A stretch of 64,000 nucleotides of DNA from a virus (Duplodnaviria > Caudoviricetes): positions 1 to 64,000 of IMG/VR virus record IMGVR_UViG_2684623237_000002, one strand, 5' to 3'. Shown here one piece after another: positions 1 to 9,981 of the stretch. The position numbers and the translations under genes were made by a program. The first letter of the stretch is position 1; each line of letters starts with the position of its first letter. The notes under the pieces were generated by a model that did no database searches, was not told where the DNA came from, and saw only the letters and a program-made list of their open reading frames with translations.

Positions 1-158
1 CAGTAAGAGGGGCGGGTGGCCAAGGTAAGTCGGCTCGCCGCTGACGTCACGTGAACCCTGATGAATATTGTCTGCCGGTAACCCTTCCGAATGAATGGAC
101 CCCGCTCCGGCACATAAGCGTATGGTGGGTGTTAAACACGTTTATTGAGGTACCCACC

Positions 159-482
159 ATGGACGATAAACTCGGCATCCGCCTGAAGGAAGAACGCAAG
201 ATCCTGGGGCTCTCCCAACAGGAGTTTGGTGCGATTGGCGGTGTGGGTGCGAATGCTCAGGTGCACTACGAAAGTGGCGCGCGGGCGCCCAAGACCGATT
301 ACCTGATAGCCCTCCGGCATAAAGGCGTGGACGTGCTTTACGTGTTGACGGGGGAGAGGGCGGTTATCAACCAGGCCACCCTGAGTGACAAGGAGACGTT
401 GATCATCAACCACTACCGCACGCTGGACGGGCTGGATCAGGATGCGATTGCGCAGATCACTTCCTCGTTGTCTGACAGCTAG
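159..482 (+). CDS. XRE-family HTH transcriptional regulator
   Basis: LGIRLKEERKILGLSQQEFG...NAQVHYESG HTH pattern; GAGG SD before ATG159. Confidence 0.85.
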   Translation: MDDKLGIRLKEERKILGLSQQEFGAIGGVGANAQVHYESGARAPKTDYLIALRHKGVDVLYVLTGERAVINQATLSDKETLIINHYRTLDGLDQDAIAQITSSLSDS

Positions 483-516
483 CAACGAGGAAGTCCCGGA
501 TTTGCTTCGCGCCAGG

Positions 517-1890
517 CTAGAAGCTGTCGGTCGTCCTGAAGCTGCCGCCGCCTGTACTGCCTGACGTCGAAAAGCTGGCTGTGTTGTTATTGCTGCTTTC
601 GACGGTGGCGACGCCTAGGACGACAGGGCTGATCGATGCGCTGACATAGCCTCGCGTCGCCCCTGCCGCTACCTGGCTGCGGCGCACGATTTTAAGGCCC
701 CGGCTTAGCACATCCACAACCTGGCCAAGGGTTGCGCCCTGGGTCATGTAGCTCTCTACCAGACGCTCGAAGTCAGTCGACAGGTCAAAGTAAACATCGC
801 GGCCGGTAAAGGCATCGTTGCGAACTTTGCGCTCCAGGTCTTTGGCACGCTGGTAGCTGCTCTGGTGCACCACGGCTTCTTCCTGGGTCTGCGCCAGTTG
901 CTGTACCACCGCTTTCAAGCGCAGGTTCAGGGTTTGCAGCTGCTCGACGATCAGGTCGTCGGCGTCGCCCGGGGTGTGGCTGGCCAGGTCGATCAATTCG
1001 CCAATGCTCTGGGTTTTCAACTGGTCAGTGAGCAACTGCCGAGCGCGTTGGTACTGCGGGTCTTCGTTGCGTGAGTAGCTGCCGAGTTTTTCCTGGATGG
1101 CATTGGCCTGGCGCTTGGCGTTGTCGACCACGCGTTGAAGGGTATCGAGCTCGGGTTGTATTGAGGCCTGTCCGTGCTGGTCACGTGCCTGAGCGAGTTG
1201 CGCATCGACACTTGCGCTCAAGGTGCTGATCAGGGCGATGCGCTCGGCCTGCAAGGCCTCGTTTCGCTCACCAAGGGCGATCAGGCTCAGCTCGTTCTTA
1301 CGGTTGGCGAGGTAGTTCACCTTGGTCGCCAGCCAGTTGTCCATCCAGCGGTTCAGACGGTTGCGTCGGTATTGGTCGGTGCCGAAGGCGTGTCCGCGCA
1401 GGTAGACGTAGACCAGGTTGGTATCAAAGGTCGGACGCTTCAGTGCGCACTCCTGGCGCAGGTCTTCATAACCGCTGACGTGTTCTCGGTGGGCAGCCTG
1501 GGCCAGGTCCAGTTGCTCGACCTGGCGGGCGTAGTCAGGGTTTTGCTCCAGGGATTGCCGGGCTTGCTGGTCGAGGGTGTCGGCTCGCGCTTGCAGTTTT
1601 TCCTTGCCCGCCAGTGCCTGGGCCACGGCCTGCTCAGCGTCGCGCAGTTGCTGGTGGAGCAGGCCCTGGGACTGTTGGCGCAGGTTCAGGGCGACGGCAA
1701 CTTGCTCATTCTGCGTGTTGCCCTGGTCCAGGTGCAGGGCCGCGATTTTACCCAGGCGCTGGGTAATGTCCTGCTCCAGCGCCAGTTGCTCGCCGAGCAG
1801 TTCAGACAGGTGTTGCTCGGCCGTGCGAATCCTCAGCTCGGCGTTGCGGGAGTTACGTTCGGTGATGCCGATCAGGGTGTCAGGCGTCAT
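517..1890 (-). CDS. Long coiled-coil hypothetical protein
   Basis: 457-aa Q/L/A-rich heptad ORF; last gene of a tight three-gene operon. Confidence 0.75.
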   Translation of the reverse strand: MTPDTLIGITERNSRNAELRIRTAEQHLSELLGEQLALEQDITQRLGKIAALHLDQGNTQNEQVAVALNLRQQSQGLLHQQLRDAEQAVAQALAGKEKLQARADTLDQQARQSLEQNPDYARQVEQLDLAQAAHREHVSGYEDLRQECALKRPTFDTNLVYVYLRGHAFGTDQYRRNRLNRWMDNWLATKVNYLANRKNELSLIALGERNEALQAERIALISTLSASVDAQLAQARDQHGQASIQPELDTLQRVVDNAKRQANAIQEKLGSYSRNEDPQYQRARQLLTDQLKTQSIGELIDLASHTPGDADDLIVEQLQTLNLRLKAVVQQLAQTQEEAVVHQSSYQRAKDLERKVRNDAFTGRDVYFDLSTDFERLVESYMTQGATLGQVVDVLSRGLKIVRRSQVAAGATRGYVSASISPVVLGVATVESSNNNTASFSTSGSTGGGSFRTTDSF

Positions 1891-1894
1891 GTCT

Positions 1895-3085
1895 TCACCA
1901 CTCCAATATCGTTTCGAGCGGGTCGGTGGTCCGTTGGCTCAAATAGGTGACTTCCATCCTGCCGGCTGGCTTGCGGCCGACTACTCGGTTGGTCAGGTGG
2001 CCGTCGTCGAGTTTGTCGGCCTTGACCTTCAGGTATTCGGCCTGCGGTACCCGCACAGCGAACTGGCTGGCCCAGGCGCCGGTGCCGGTCTCACTGCTGA
2101 CGGTGGGCAGCAGCACCGGCCTGTCCGACAGGTCGACGGCTTCAACAACCAAATACCAGCTCTTGCCCTGGGTCGAACCAGGATTGGAATTACACAGCGC
2201 CTTGTCGTAGCAGCGCTCGACACCGGACGGCGTGCCGGGGCGGTCGACAACCCGAATGGTCACCTCCTTGGGGATCAGTTCGGTGTTGGCACGCAGGGCC
2301 CTGAGTTGGCCGCCGGCTTTTTCGATCTCGAATTTCCCGATGAGGTCTTTGATCATGACCAATTCGGCCTGCATGCCCCGCGTCGCTTTACTGTCGGCGG
2401 CTGGCAGGTGAATGTCGGCGACCTTGCGGGTCAACTCGTTGAGCTGATCGGTCATCGGCTGGACTGCCTTGACCTTGGCTAAAAACGCCTCCAGCACGCC
2501 GATCTGCTCACTGGCGTAATCGACCCCGGAGGTATCGACCATGGCCAGGGCATGTTCGGCCTTGGTATTCAGGCGGGGCAGGGCACTGAACAGGTCGCCG
2601 CCCTCAATATAGGCCGGGTCCTGTTGCACGGCGCTCAGGCGAGCCTTCAGGTGGGCGATGTCTGATTGTTTTTGTGCCGCGCTCGTCTCGACGGCGATGG
2701 CCGCTCTTTGAGCTTCTTGGATTTCGTGTCTGGCGACCATCACCCGGCTGCATTGCACCACCAGCAAGGTGACCGCGATGAGTTGGATGACGAGTATGCC
2801 GCGATGCCGCCTGAGCAGTACGTTGCTCCAGAAACGGTCAAGCGCACTCAGTTCCGGGGCCTCGAACACCAGGCGTTTGGAAAAGAATTCGCGCACGCCC
2901 TGGTCGATCTGCGCTTCGGTAAATTGAATGCCGTTGTTCTGGTAATACTCGCGGATGCGCGCCGCCACTTCGGCACGGCGTTGGGGCAGGCTCAAGTCCT
3001 TTTCAACCGCCATCTGCTGGTGGCGCAGTTGATCCACCAGCGCCATCGCGCCGAGTTGCTCGGAGAGAAGAATGTCGCTCATCAA
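1895..3085 (-). CDS. DUF6384-like membrane-anchored coiled-coil protein
   Basis: MALVDQLRH N-terminus, one TM segment, C-terminal WYLVVEAVD motif; overlaps the upstream stop. Confidence 0.65.
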   Translation of the reverse strand: MMSDILLSEQLGAMALVDQLRHQQMAVEKDLSLPQRRAEVAARIREYYQNNGIQFTEAQIDQGVREFFSKRLVFEAPELSALDRFWSNVLLRRHRGILVIQLIAVTLLVVQCSRVMVARHEIQEAQRAAIAVETSAAQKQSDIAHLKARLSAVQQDPAYIEGGDLFSALPRLNTKAEHALAMVDTSGVDYASEQIGVLEAFLAKVKAVQPMTDQLNELTRKVADIHLPAADSKATRGMQAELVMIKDLIGKFEIEKAGGQLRALRANTELIPKEVTIRVVDRPGTPSGVERCYDKALCNSNPGSTQGKSWYLVVEAVDLSDRPVLLPTVSSETGTGAWASQFAVRVPQAEYLKVKADKLDDGHLTNRVVGRKPAGRMEVTYLSQRTTDPLETILEW

Positions 3086-4221
3086 GCGGCCTTTGTCAGC
3101 AATGCGGCGAACTTGCGTTTGGCCTCTTCGACGGCTTCGGCGATGTCACGGGACGCGTTGCTGGATTCAGCGCGGTAGGTTTCCGTCAGGCCGTGCATGT
3201 CAGTCTGGAAGCTCAGGGTGGCTTCGGCCAGGGCGCGCACCGAGTCGACCTTGATGGTGGAGCCATAGCTGGCCTTGACCGCCGCTTCCAATTGGGTGTT
3301 GCCGGTGCTGCCCAGGGCTTCAAGGCCCTTGCTGATGCCGTCGGTGGTGGCATTCAGCGTGTTGGTGGCTTCGGCCAGGCCACTGTTACTGGTGAACGAT
3401 ACCGCGAGGCCGGTCAACACCACTTCGTTGGTGGAGAAGAACGAGACCATGCGCTGGTATTGGCGCTCCTTGATCACATGCACCTGGTTGATCCGGGCGA
3501 AGACCATTTCGGCCGTGTTGTAGCCGACCTTGAGGTCATCGGCGATGTCCTTGACGATCTGGTAGCGCTTGTCTTCGTCCTGCAGCGCGCGTACGGCTTC
3601 ATCGCGACGCAACTCCAGGGCCGCGCGTTCGGCCGGCGCCAGGGTTTCGGCAGCCGTAACTTGGGCGTTGGCTTCGTTCAAGGCCTGGGTACGCTGCTCC
3701 AGGACCTGGCCGGCCAGGGCAAGCACTTGTTGGGCATCGACCTCGGCCGCCTTCATGGCCATGCGGAAGTCCAAGTAGGCTTCCAGAATCACCGTTTCCC
3801 GGGAGATCTGGTCATTGGCCGACTTGCACACCTGCAGGTAGTTTTCACGGATCTCGCTGAAGCGGCTGGGGATCGAGCCACGACGCAGGTTCATCCAGCT
3901 CAGCTTGAGCTTCTCCAGCGTATCCAGGCGCCCGTCATCCATCCAGCCGGCCATGGCGGCGGCGTCTTCGCGAATCGAGGTGAAGCTCTGGGTGATGTCC
4001 ATGAAGCGTGTGGAGATATCCATGCCGGCAATCTGTTCGCGAACCACGCTGTTGAAGGTGGTCGACTGTTGCAACACGGCGGCGATAGCAGTGACTTTGG
4101 CGGTGTCGTACTGGGCAACGCGGTCCAACAATACCAGTACCGGTGCGTCTGGAACCGGCTGCAGAAGATTGATGCCCAGGGTCCGCAGGCCCGTCAGCGC
4201 GCGGTCGAGGTAGTTGCTCAT
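3082..4221 (-). CDS. Coiled-coil protein, possibly TelA/toxic-anion-resistance-like
   Basis: All-helical ORF; AAGGA SD before ATG4221; family is inferred. Confidence 0.6.
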   Translation of the reverse strand: MSNYLDRALTGLRTLGINLLQPVPDAPVLVLLDRVAQYDTAKVTAIAAVLQQSTTFNSVVREQIAGMDISTRFMDITQSFTSIREDAAAMAGWMDDGRLDTLEKLKLSWMNLRRGSIPSRFSEIRENYLQVCKSANDQISRETVILEAYLDFRMAMKAAEVDAQQVLALAGQVLEQRTQALNEANAQVTAAETLAPAERAALELRRDEAVRALQDEDKRYQIVKDIADDLKVGYNTAEMVFARINQVHVIKERQYQRMVSFFSTNEVVLTGLAVSFTSNSGLAEATNTLNATTDGISKGLEALGSTGNTQLEAAVKASYGSTIKVDSVRALAEATLSFQTDMHGLTETYRAESSNASRDIAEAVEEAKRKFAALLTKAA

Positions 4222-4431
4222 CGAGTGTCCTTTCAGGATGTGTTCAGCACAGGGTGCAGAGGAGGGCGCAAGTATACCGATCAATGAAGGCAAACCAATG
4301 GCAGTTTGGTTCGAAGGCGCTTGTTGGGGGGCTGACGAAGTGTATGCCTGTATCTGCCTGTAGCTGTACGGGGCGCAGGCTGGCGCAACGTTCTACTGTC
4401 ACGGCCACAGTACTCGTTCGGATGTCGCGCC

Positions 4432-5040
4432 ATGCTTATGTCTTCAAGCCTGTTGTCAGCCTTTGCGCTGTTCGCCTTTGTGTCCTCAATCACCCCAGGT
4501 CCCAATAACACCATGTTGCTGGCGTCCGGGGTGAACTTCGGTTTTATTCGCTCGATTCCCCATGCACTGGGGATCAGCATTGGCTTCATGTTGTTGGTGA
4601 TCGCCGTGGGCTTGGGGCTGGGTGAGGTATTCAAGGCGTTGCCGTGGGCCTACACCGTATTGCGCTATGTGGGGGCGGCGTATTTGCTGTACCTGGCGTG
4701 GAAGATTGCAACCTCCAGCGCGATGTCCGATGACACCGATGACAAGCGCAAACCCATGACTTTTCTCGGCGCGGCGGCATTCCAGTGGGTCAACCCCAAG
4801 GCCTGGGTCATGGCATTGGGCGCGATCACCACCTATACGCCTGCCGACGGTTATGTCACCAACGTGCTGTTGATTGCGGCGGTGTTTGCCCTGGTGAACC
4901 TGCCCAGTGTTTGTGTGTGGGCCGGCTGTGGCAGCGGCTTGCGCAATGTGTTGCGCGAGCCGCGCTGGTTGCGGCTGTTTAACTGGTCGATGGCGGGATT
5001 GTTGGTGCTGTCGTTGTATCCGATGTTTTTTGCCGGCTGA
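4432..5040 (+). CDS. LysE family translocator
   Basis: SITPGPNN and FQWVNPKAW motifs; highly hydrophobic. Confidence 0.92.
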   Translation: MLMSSSLLSAFALFAFVSSITPGPNNTMLLASGVNFGFIRSIPHALGISIGFMLLVIAVGLGLGEVFKALPWAYTVLRYVGAAYLLYLAWKIATSSAMSDDTDDKRKPMTFLGAAAFQWVNPKAWVMALGAITTYTPADGYVTNVLLIAAVFALVNLPSVCVWAGCGSGLRNVLREPRWLRLFNWSMAGLLVLSLYPMFFAG

Positions 5041-5073
5041 AACTCCCTCTGACGTCAGGCGAGGGGAGGGATC

Positions 5074-5157
5074 CTAGACCGGTGAGATGGTGGCAAGCAG
5101 ACCAATCGCAATGGTCAGCGCAAGAAAACCGAACAGGAAAAATGCCATCTTAGCCAT
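5074..5157 (-). CDS. 27-aa single-TM small protein
   Basis: MAKMAFFLFGFLALTIAIGLLATISPV preceded by GGAGG SD. Confidence 0.5.
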   Translation of the reverse strand: MAKMAFFLFGFLALTIAIGLLATISPV

Positions 5158-5429
5158 AAGGCCTCCGAAATGAACGGGCCGGCAGGACGGTTCCTGTCGG
5201 GCTCCACGGGCGTGTCGGGAGTGGGTGTATTGTCAGGCCAGGACGGGTTTCGTTACAGGGTCAGATGCAGAAGAAAAAAGCGTATCAGATGCCCTCAGGC
5301 GCCGCAGGTGCCGGATAACAAGGGGTGATGGTTTTCTAGGATCAGGCAATAAATAGCGGCTCAGTTCGGTCAAGGAACTAACCTTTTGTGCGCAGTATCG
5401 TATCCACGATCCCACAAAGGAGGTTGTTT

Positions 5430-5717
5430 ATGAGCATTGGGGCGAGGTTAAAGGCAGAGCGTGTCAGGCTTGGCTATTCTCAAGCGACGCTGGGCAAGGT
5501 CGGAGGCGTTGAGACCAATGCCCAGGGGCGTTATGAAAACGGTGTGCGTTTTCCACGGGCAGATTACCTGGCGGCGATTGCCAAGGTCGGTGTCGATGTG
5601 TTGTTTGTCATCACCGGCAATCGCGCTGAAAATGGCAATTCTGCCTCAGCCAAAGCGGCCGAAGCACTGGACAGCGCCACGGAGTGCCTGGAGAAGGCAA
5701 AAGAGTTGATTCACTGA
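5430..5717 (+). CDS. XRE-family HTH regulator, paralogue of 159..482
   Basis: IGARLKAERVRLGYSQ...NAQGRYENG; AAGGAGG SD. Confidence 0.85.
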   Translation: MSIGARLKAERVRLGYSQATLGKVGGVETNAQGRYENGVRFPRADYLAAIAKVGVDVLFVITGNRAENGNSASAKAAEALDSATECLEKAKELIH

Positions 5718-5745
5718 AGCGGTTTTCATCGGGGCGAGTAGGCAA

Positions 5746-5832
5746 ATGGGCAAAACATTGGCTGCGCTGTCGTTTTTGATGACCCTGGTTTGGGTTTCAG
5801 TGGTCATTGCCGTCATGACTTATTTTTCCTGA
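5746..5832 (+). CDS. 28-aa single-TM small protein
   Basis: MGKTLAALSFLMTLVWVSVVIAVMTYFS; weak SD. Confidence 0.35.
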   Translation: MGKTLAALSFLMTLVWVSVVIAVMTYFS

Positions 5833-5980
5833 TGCGCCTGGTGGCGAGTGCCGCAGATGCCGAAGCGGTGGGTGCTGCTATTGCTCAGCACTGCGGCTGA
5901 AATCTGTAGATCACTGATCTGGCGAGCTTTTTTGTTTGCAGAGGAGCCGCTGGTTTGTTTGAAAAAGCCCGCGCCCGACC

Positions 5981-6009
5981 TTGCATCGAGGGGGCTGGAT
6001 CTATATATT
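5981..6009 (+). promoter_or_regulatory. Sigma70-like promoter for the tRNA
   Basis: TTGCAT-17bp-TATATT. Confidence 0.5.
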
Positions 6010-6071
6010 CCCTAGCCTGCTGCAACGCTCAAGGGCTTTTGAAGCTGCTTGGCTCGCTGTATAGCGCTACC

Positions 6072-6158
6072 GCCCGAATGGCGAAACTGGTAGACGCATG
6101 GGACTTAAAATCCCCCGCTCGTAAGGGCGTGCCGGTTCGATTCCGGCTTCGGGCACCA
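6072..6158 (+). tRNA. tRNA-Leu(UAA); 3' end is the likely att core
   Basis: GCCCGAA acceptor stem, CTTAAAA anticodon loop, long variable arm, GGTTCGATTCC T-arm, CCA end. Confidence 0.97.
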
Positions 6159-6209
6159 TCTAGAATCAAGGGTTTGCGGGCGAAAGCTGATGCAAGCCCT
6201 TGTTTGTTT

Positions 6210-6240
6210 CCGGTCCGCAATAAAATAACCGGTCCGCAAT
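6210..6240 (+). repeat. 12-bp direct repeat CCGGTCCGCAAT x2, likely integrase arm-type sites
   Basis: Copies at 6210-6221 and 6229-6240 between the tRNA and the int stop. Confidence 0.6.
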
Positions 6241-7272
6241 TCACTTCGTTGGTGAGACTTTCTTGCCTTTCCGGTTGCGGATGTACTGCTCAGTCATCAC
6301 TACGGTGGTATGCCCAAGTTGATCCTTGGCCTGCATGATATCGCCACTGGACTCGGCCTTGTCCGTACCGGCTTTGGCGCGTAGATCGCGCATTTGAAAC
6401 TCAGGCTTAGTCACCCCAGCAGCTTCCCTCGCTATATCAAATCTCCTACGCAACATTGCCACCGTCATTGGTGTGCCATCCTCCGCCACGATCAGCCGCG
6501 TCGAGCGGACCTTATGCCCTGACTTTCGGGACATTATTCGATCAATCAAAACCTTCAGTTCGCCAGTGACCTCGATTCGACGTTTTGCCTTTGTTTTCCC
6601 CTGGAGGACCCAGATCTGCCCATCCCTTACGTCTCGTTCGTCCATCAGCCGTGTGTCCGTGACTCGTTGACCAGTCAGGTAGGCGAGGTCCATGGCATCA
6701 CGCAACCCGGCGTCAGCCTTGTCGTGAACTCGCTTGAACAGCTCGTCCTCGACGTAGGTGTCCCGTCCGGTCTCCTTGTTGCCTTTGATTCCGGCGCATG
6801 GGTTCGCCAGTGATGTATAGCCCTTATCCCTGGCGTAGTTCCATATCGCGCTGAGCAGGGCCTTTTCTCGATTGGCTCTTACCGGCGCTGACTTTCGCCA
6901 GGTCAGATACTGGCGAACATGAAGGGGCTCGATCGTCTCAAGTGGTGCGGGCGGATCATCGAAGAACGCCATTAAGTTTTTCAGTTCGCGCTGGTTGTCG
7001 AGCTGAGTCGCTGTGCCCTTGGTGGGCACAACTTCAACCAGGTACTTTTCTGCCACGTACCGAAAGGTGATCACCCTGGCAACCAGTTCGGTTGAGGTGC
7101 GATCACGCTCTAGTTTTGCATACTCCATGATGGCCAAGCCGTAGTCGCTGCCCAGAGGTATTTCCTTGCGGTCCTTTCCGCCGGTGTCGTAATAGTAAAA
7201 AACACGGCCGCTGGCTTTCTTGCGCTCTCTCAGCCGGGCGATGGAGCCCGGCTTACTTGGTCTTCTTCCCAT
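6241..7272 (-). CDS. int: Tyrosine recombinase (phage integrase)
   Basis: LTGQR..D, RDLRAK, LGHT and Y catalytic motifs. Confidence 0.95.
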   Translation of the reverse strand: MGRRPSKPGSIARLRERKKASGRVFYYYDTGGKDRKEIPLGSDYGLAIMEYAKLERDRTSTELVARVITFRYVAEKYLVEVVPTKGTATQLDNQRELKNLMAFFDDPPAPLETIEPLHVRQYLTWRKSAPVRANREKALLSAIWNYARDKGYTSLANPCAGIKGNKETGRDTYVEDELFKRVHDKADAGLRDAMDLAYLTGQRVTDTRLMDERDVRDGQIWVLQGKTKAKRRIEVTGELKVLIDRIMSRKSGHKVRSTRLIVAEDGTPMTVAMLRRRFDIAREAAGVTKPEFQMRDLRAKAGTDKAESSGDIMQAKDQLGHTTVVMTEQYIRNRKGKKVSPTK

Positions 7273-7273
7273 T

Positions 7274-7483
7274 TCAGCTTGCCTTGCGTGGTTTCCATAC
7301 GAGTTTTTCTGGCTCGGACATGCCGACGGCAGTAACTGCCATGGCTGTCACGCTCGGCCAACCGTTCATTTTGATGGTGTGCCTGATGCCGTTCCTTTTG
7401 AGGTTCAGGATCTGGCCAGCCTTTGTCCGAGCGCCGGTCAGCTCGCAGACCTCTTCATGCGATAGGAATTGAACTCCGCTCAT
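7274..7483 (-). CDS. Excisionase-like DUF4224 protein
   Basis: FLSHEEVCELTG...LKRNGI...GWPSV, directly upstream of int. Confidence 0.75.
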   Translation of the reverse strand: MSGVQFLSHEEVCELTGARTKAGQILNLKRNGIRHTIKMNGWPSVTAMAVTAVGMSEPEKLVWKPRKAS

Positions 7484-7707
7484 GGATCGCTCCGTGCGCC
7501 CGTAGTGGGCCGCGCTGTCTTGATGATGTGAATGACCAGGCCGAAGGTGATCAGCATCCAGCCGCAGGTGCCGGCGAAGGCGTAGAGGATGTCGGCTGTT
7601 TCGCCGTCCGCCAGAAGGCGTGGGCCGAGCCAAAAGAACCAGCCGGCGGTGCCGACCAGGTACAGCAAAGCGCCCAGCAGAATCAGGGTGAGCTTGATTG
7701 CGAACAT
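7480..7707 (-). CDS. Small 2-TM phage protein
   Basis: Hydrophobic 75-aa ORF; ATGA overlap with the xis-like gene. Confidence 0.65.
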   Translation of the reverse strand: MFAIKLTLILLGALLYLVGTAGWFFWLGPRLLADGETADILYAFAGTCGWMLITFGLVIHIIKTARPTTGARSDP

Positions 7708-7743
7708 TTGGTGTCCTTGCCGCGCTGGGCGGCGGAAGGTGGG

Positions 7744-8241
7744 CTATATGGAGAACTTGGCGAGGGCGTCGTCTGCGACCTTCATCGCTGCCTGGGCATC
7801 GTTCACATAGGCAGGGTCAAAACCGCCGCAGAGGTGGATGGTTGCCTGGCAGGCGCGCAAGTTTTCGCGGTTCAGCTTCAGCGCGGTGATCAACTCTTCC
7901 CGAGCCTCGGCTTCACCTCGACCGATGTCCCAGAAGCGCTGGCCCCAGTGCCCGGCTGGTGGGGGGGTGGAGTTCTGCGCGCCCGTGGCCAGGGCACCGA
8001 CAACGCAGTCCAGCAGGTCACGCTTGTAGGTGTTGTCGCCGTCGATGCTCAGGCCATTACGGCGAAGCGCGTCGAGGGTGTTGTTCAGGTTCGACTCGGG
8101 CGAAGGCAGCACCAGGTCAAAGTCTTTCTTGCCTGGGCGGCAGGCCACCACCAGCAGTTCGCAATCGAGCGGCAGGTGCTGCGCCATATCCGAGATCGCT
8201 TCGATAGCGGCTTCGCGGAATGCATTCTTTTCTTCGGGCAT
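7744..8241 (-). CDS. Phage hypothetical protein
   Basis: GAGG SD before ATG8241; part of the early-left operon. Confidence 0.65.
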   Translation of the reverse strand: MPEEKNAFREAAIEAISDMAQHLPLDCELLVVACRPGKKDFDLVLPSPESNLNNTLDALRRNGLSIDGDNTYKRDLLDCVVGALATGAQNSTPPPAGHWGQRFWDIGRGEAEAREELITALKLNRENLRACQATIHLCGGFDPAYVNDAQAAMKVADDALAKFSI

Positions 8242-8290
8242 AGGGATACCTCGCCCGCCGCTCACCGGCAGGCATGTAGGGGGATTGGGG

Positions 8291-8524
8291 TTAGGGCAGG
8301 GATTTGTGAGAAAGCGCATGCGCTAGGTGGCGCGCGTAGGTCGAGACGGCTCGCCAGTAGGCGGCCATCGGGCCTTTGCGGCGCTTCCAGGAATTCTCCG
8401 CCTCGGTGTTGGCCTGGTCGCGCAGTTCGCGCATTACGGCTTCAATCCGCGCCCTATCTTCTGCTGGTAGATCCAGAAGGGCGCGGCCAGATGGCAACTT
8501 TAAGAGTGGGTTGATGTAGCCCAT
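8291..8524 (-). CDS. Phage hypothetical protein
   Basis: 77-aa ORF in the operon. Confidence 0.55.
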   Translation of the reverse strand: MGYINPLLKLPSGRALLDLPAEDRARIEAVMRELRDQANTEAENSWKRRKGPMAAYWRAVSTYARHLAHALSHKSLP

Positions 8525-8883
8525 AGGGTCACCTTTTCGAAGTAGAACACCACCGGCGCGCCAGTCTCGGCGATCAGTCCGTAGGACTTGGCTAGGCGGT
8601 AGATGGGGTGGTAGCTGTTGAGGGAGTTGATGTGCCCGGCGATCCAGGCCCGCAAGCCCTCCAGCGTCTGCCGGCCCTTGCTGATGTTGCAGGGCGCACA
8701 GGCCGGCATCATGTTGTCGAGGTTGTGATTCTCGGCCTGCTCGGCCACGCGCTCATCACTGACCCTGATCACTGGCTCTCGGTGGTCGGCGTGCCACCGG
8801 TCACCCAGCAGCACGCCGCAATAGGCGCAGTGCCCGCCGTATTTCAGGCGCACTTGCTCGCGCTCAGCTTTCTTCAGGCGCAT
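8500..8883 (-). CDS. HNH endonuclease
   Basis: CAYCG...ADH...N...CAPCN..K. Confidence 0.88.
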   Translation of the reverse strand: MRLKKAEREQVRLKYGGHCAYCGVLLGDRWHADHREPVIRVSDERVAEQAENHNLDNMMPACAPCNISKGRQTLEGLRAWIAGHINSLNSYHPIYRLAKSYGLIAETGAPVVFYFEKVTLWATSTHS

Positions 8884-9014
8884 AAGTTTCCTTGCCGCTA
8901 TAGCGGCTGACTTTGAGGGGGGAGGGGTATTTACCTGACCTGCGTCGAGCTTTCACTTTGGGCAAAGGGCCTGTATATTTTTGAGGGCAAAACGCCATAC
9001 ATAGGGAAAATGAG

Positions 9015-9398
9015 ATGAGCGAGAAAATTGATGCTGCAGACATACTCAGAGGCATCGAGGGTTTAGCCCAGGCCCGGCTAGCTTATGGGGTAGCTCCTCC
9101 GCCTCCGCCACCGCCTATTCCATCGCCTCCAGCAGTAAGAGGGCTTTGGTATAACGAAAAAATTATAAAACTGGATGGTTGGCGCTTTGAGTCGTGTAGG
9201 TTTGATAAATGTCGTCTCATAATTGAAACTCCAAATTTCTCTTTGATTGATTGCTATTTGGATAGCACGAATTTTATTGTTGTTTCTGGGAAGTTAGTTA
9301 ACGCACTGCAGTTTATGGATTTGGGGAATGAGTTTGATGACTCTCCCGAGTACCACCCGATACGTAATCCTAACGGTACCGTTACTATCGGAGCATGA
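9015..9398 (+). CDS. Cargo gene, Pro-rich hypothetical protein
   Basis: AT-rich, opposite strand to the operon, poly-Pro linker. Confidence 0.7.
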   Translation: MSEKIDAADILRGIEGLAQARLAYGVAPPPPPPPIPSPPAVRGLWYNEKIIKLDGWRFESCRFDKCRLIIETPNFSLIDCYLDSTNFIVVSGKLVNALQFMDLGNEFDDSPEYHPIRNPNGTVTIGA

Positions 9399-9399
9399 T

Positions 9400-9981
9400 A
9401 TGGAAGTTAAGGCCAAGGCTGCATTGAGTGTCAGTCCTCGTGGTGGGCAAATAGTTGTATTTACATTGGTTTTCTTTTCTGCTGCATTCTTGTTTGTAGC
9501 TATTTGGCTTCACTCCCAGAATCAAAATTTCATCATTGCTGTCTGCGGGGCGATTGTATTTTTCGCTGCGGGCGGCTTGTTTTGGTGGGTTTCGCATAAA
9601 AATGAAGAGTTGAAGCAGTCTCATCCTTTTAATCTGAATTTGGGAGAGGGTGATAATGGCTTGATTTTAAGTGCGGATGTTCGAGCTTTGCCGCAACTGG
9701 AATATGTAAAGGGCTTGCTATCTCATTACTCCTCCGTATTTCATCGGGAACCGCTACCTATGGCGGACGGAATGATTGGTGAATCTGGTGAACTGATAGA
9801 AGGTAGAGTTGAAGAAGCAAACAACGTCGTACAGAAAGCTAATGAGCAGGCCAGGGCCCAGTGTGATTTATTGATGCAGGAATTATTAATTGGTGCTGAA
9901 TCAAGATTACACTCAAAACTTCATGTCGTATCGAATGTACCACCCACGATCGATTTAATAACCCCAGTCTCCAACAGCTAA
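9400..9981 (+). CDS. Cargo gene, 2-TM protein with cytoplasmic C-terminal domain
   Basis: AT-rich; starts immediately after the previous stop. Confidence 0.7.
   Translation: MEVKAKAALSVSPRGGQIVVFTLVFFSAAFLFVAIWLHSQNQNFIIAVCGAIVFFAAGGLFWWVSHKNEELKQSHPFNLNLGEGDNGLILSADVRALPQLEYVKGLLSHYSSVFHREPLPMADGMIGESGELIEGRVEEANNVVQKANEQARAQCDLLMQELLIGAESRLHSKLHVVSNVPPTIDLITPVSNS

Noticed and set aside
5955-6338. ORF spanning the tRNA
   Set aside because: It overlaps tRNA-Leu and int and is spurious.
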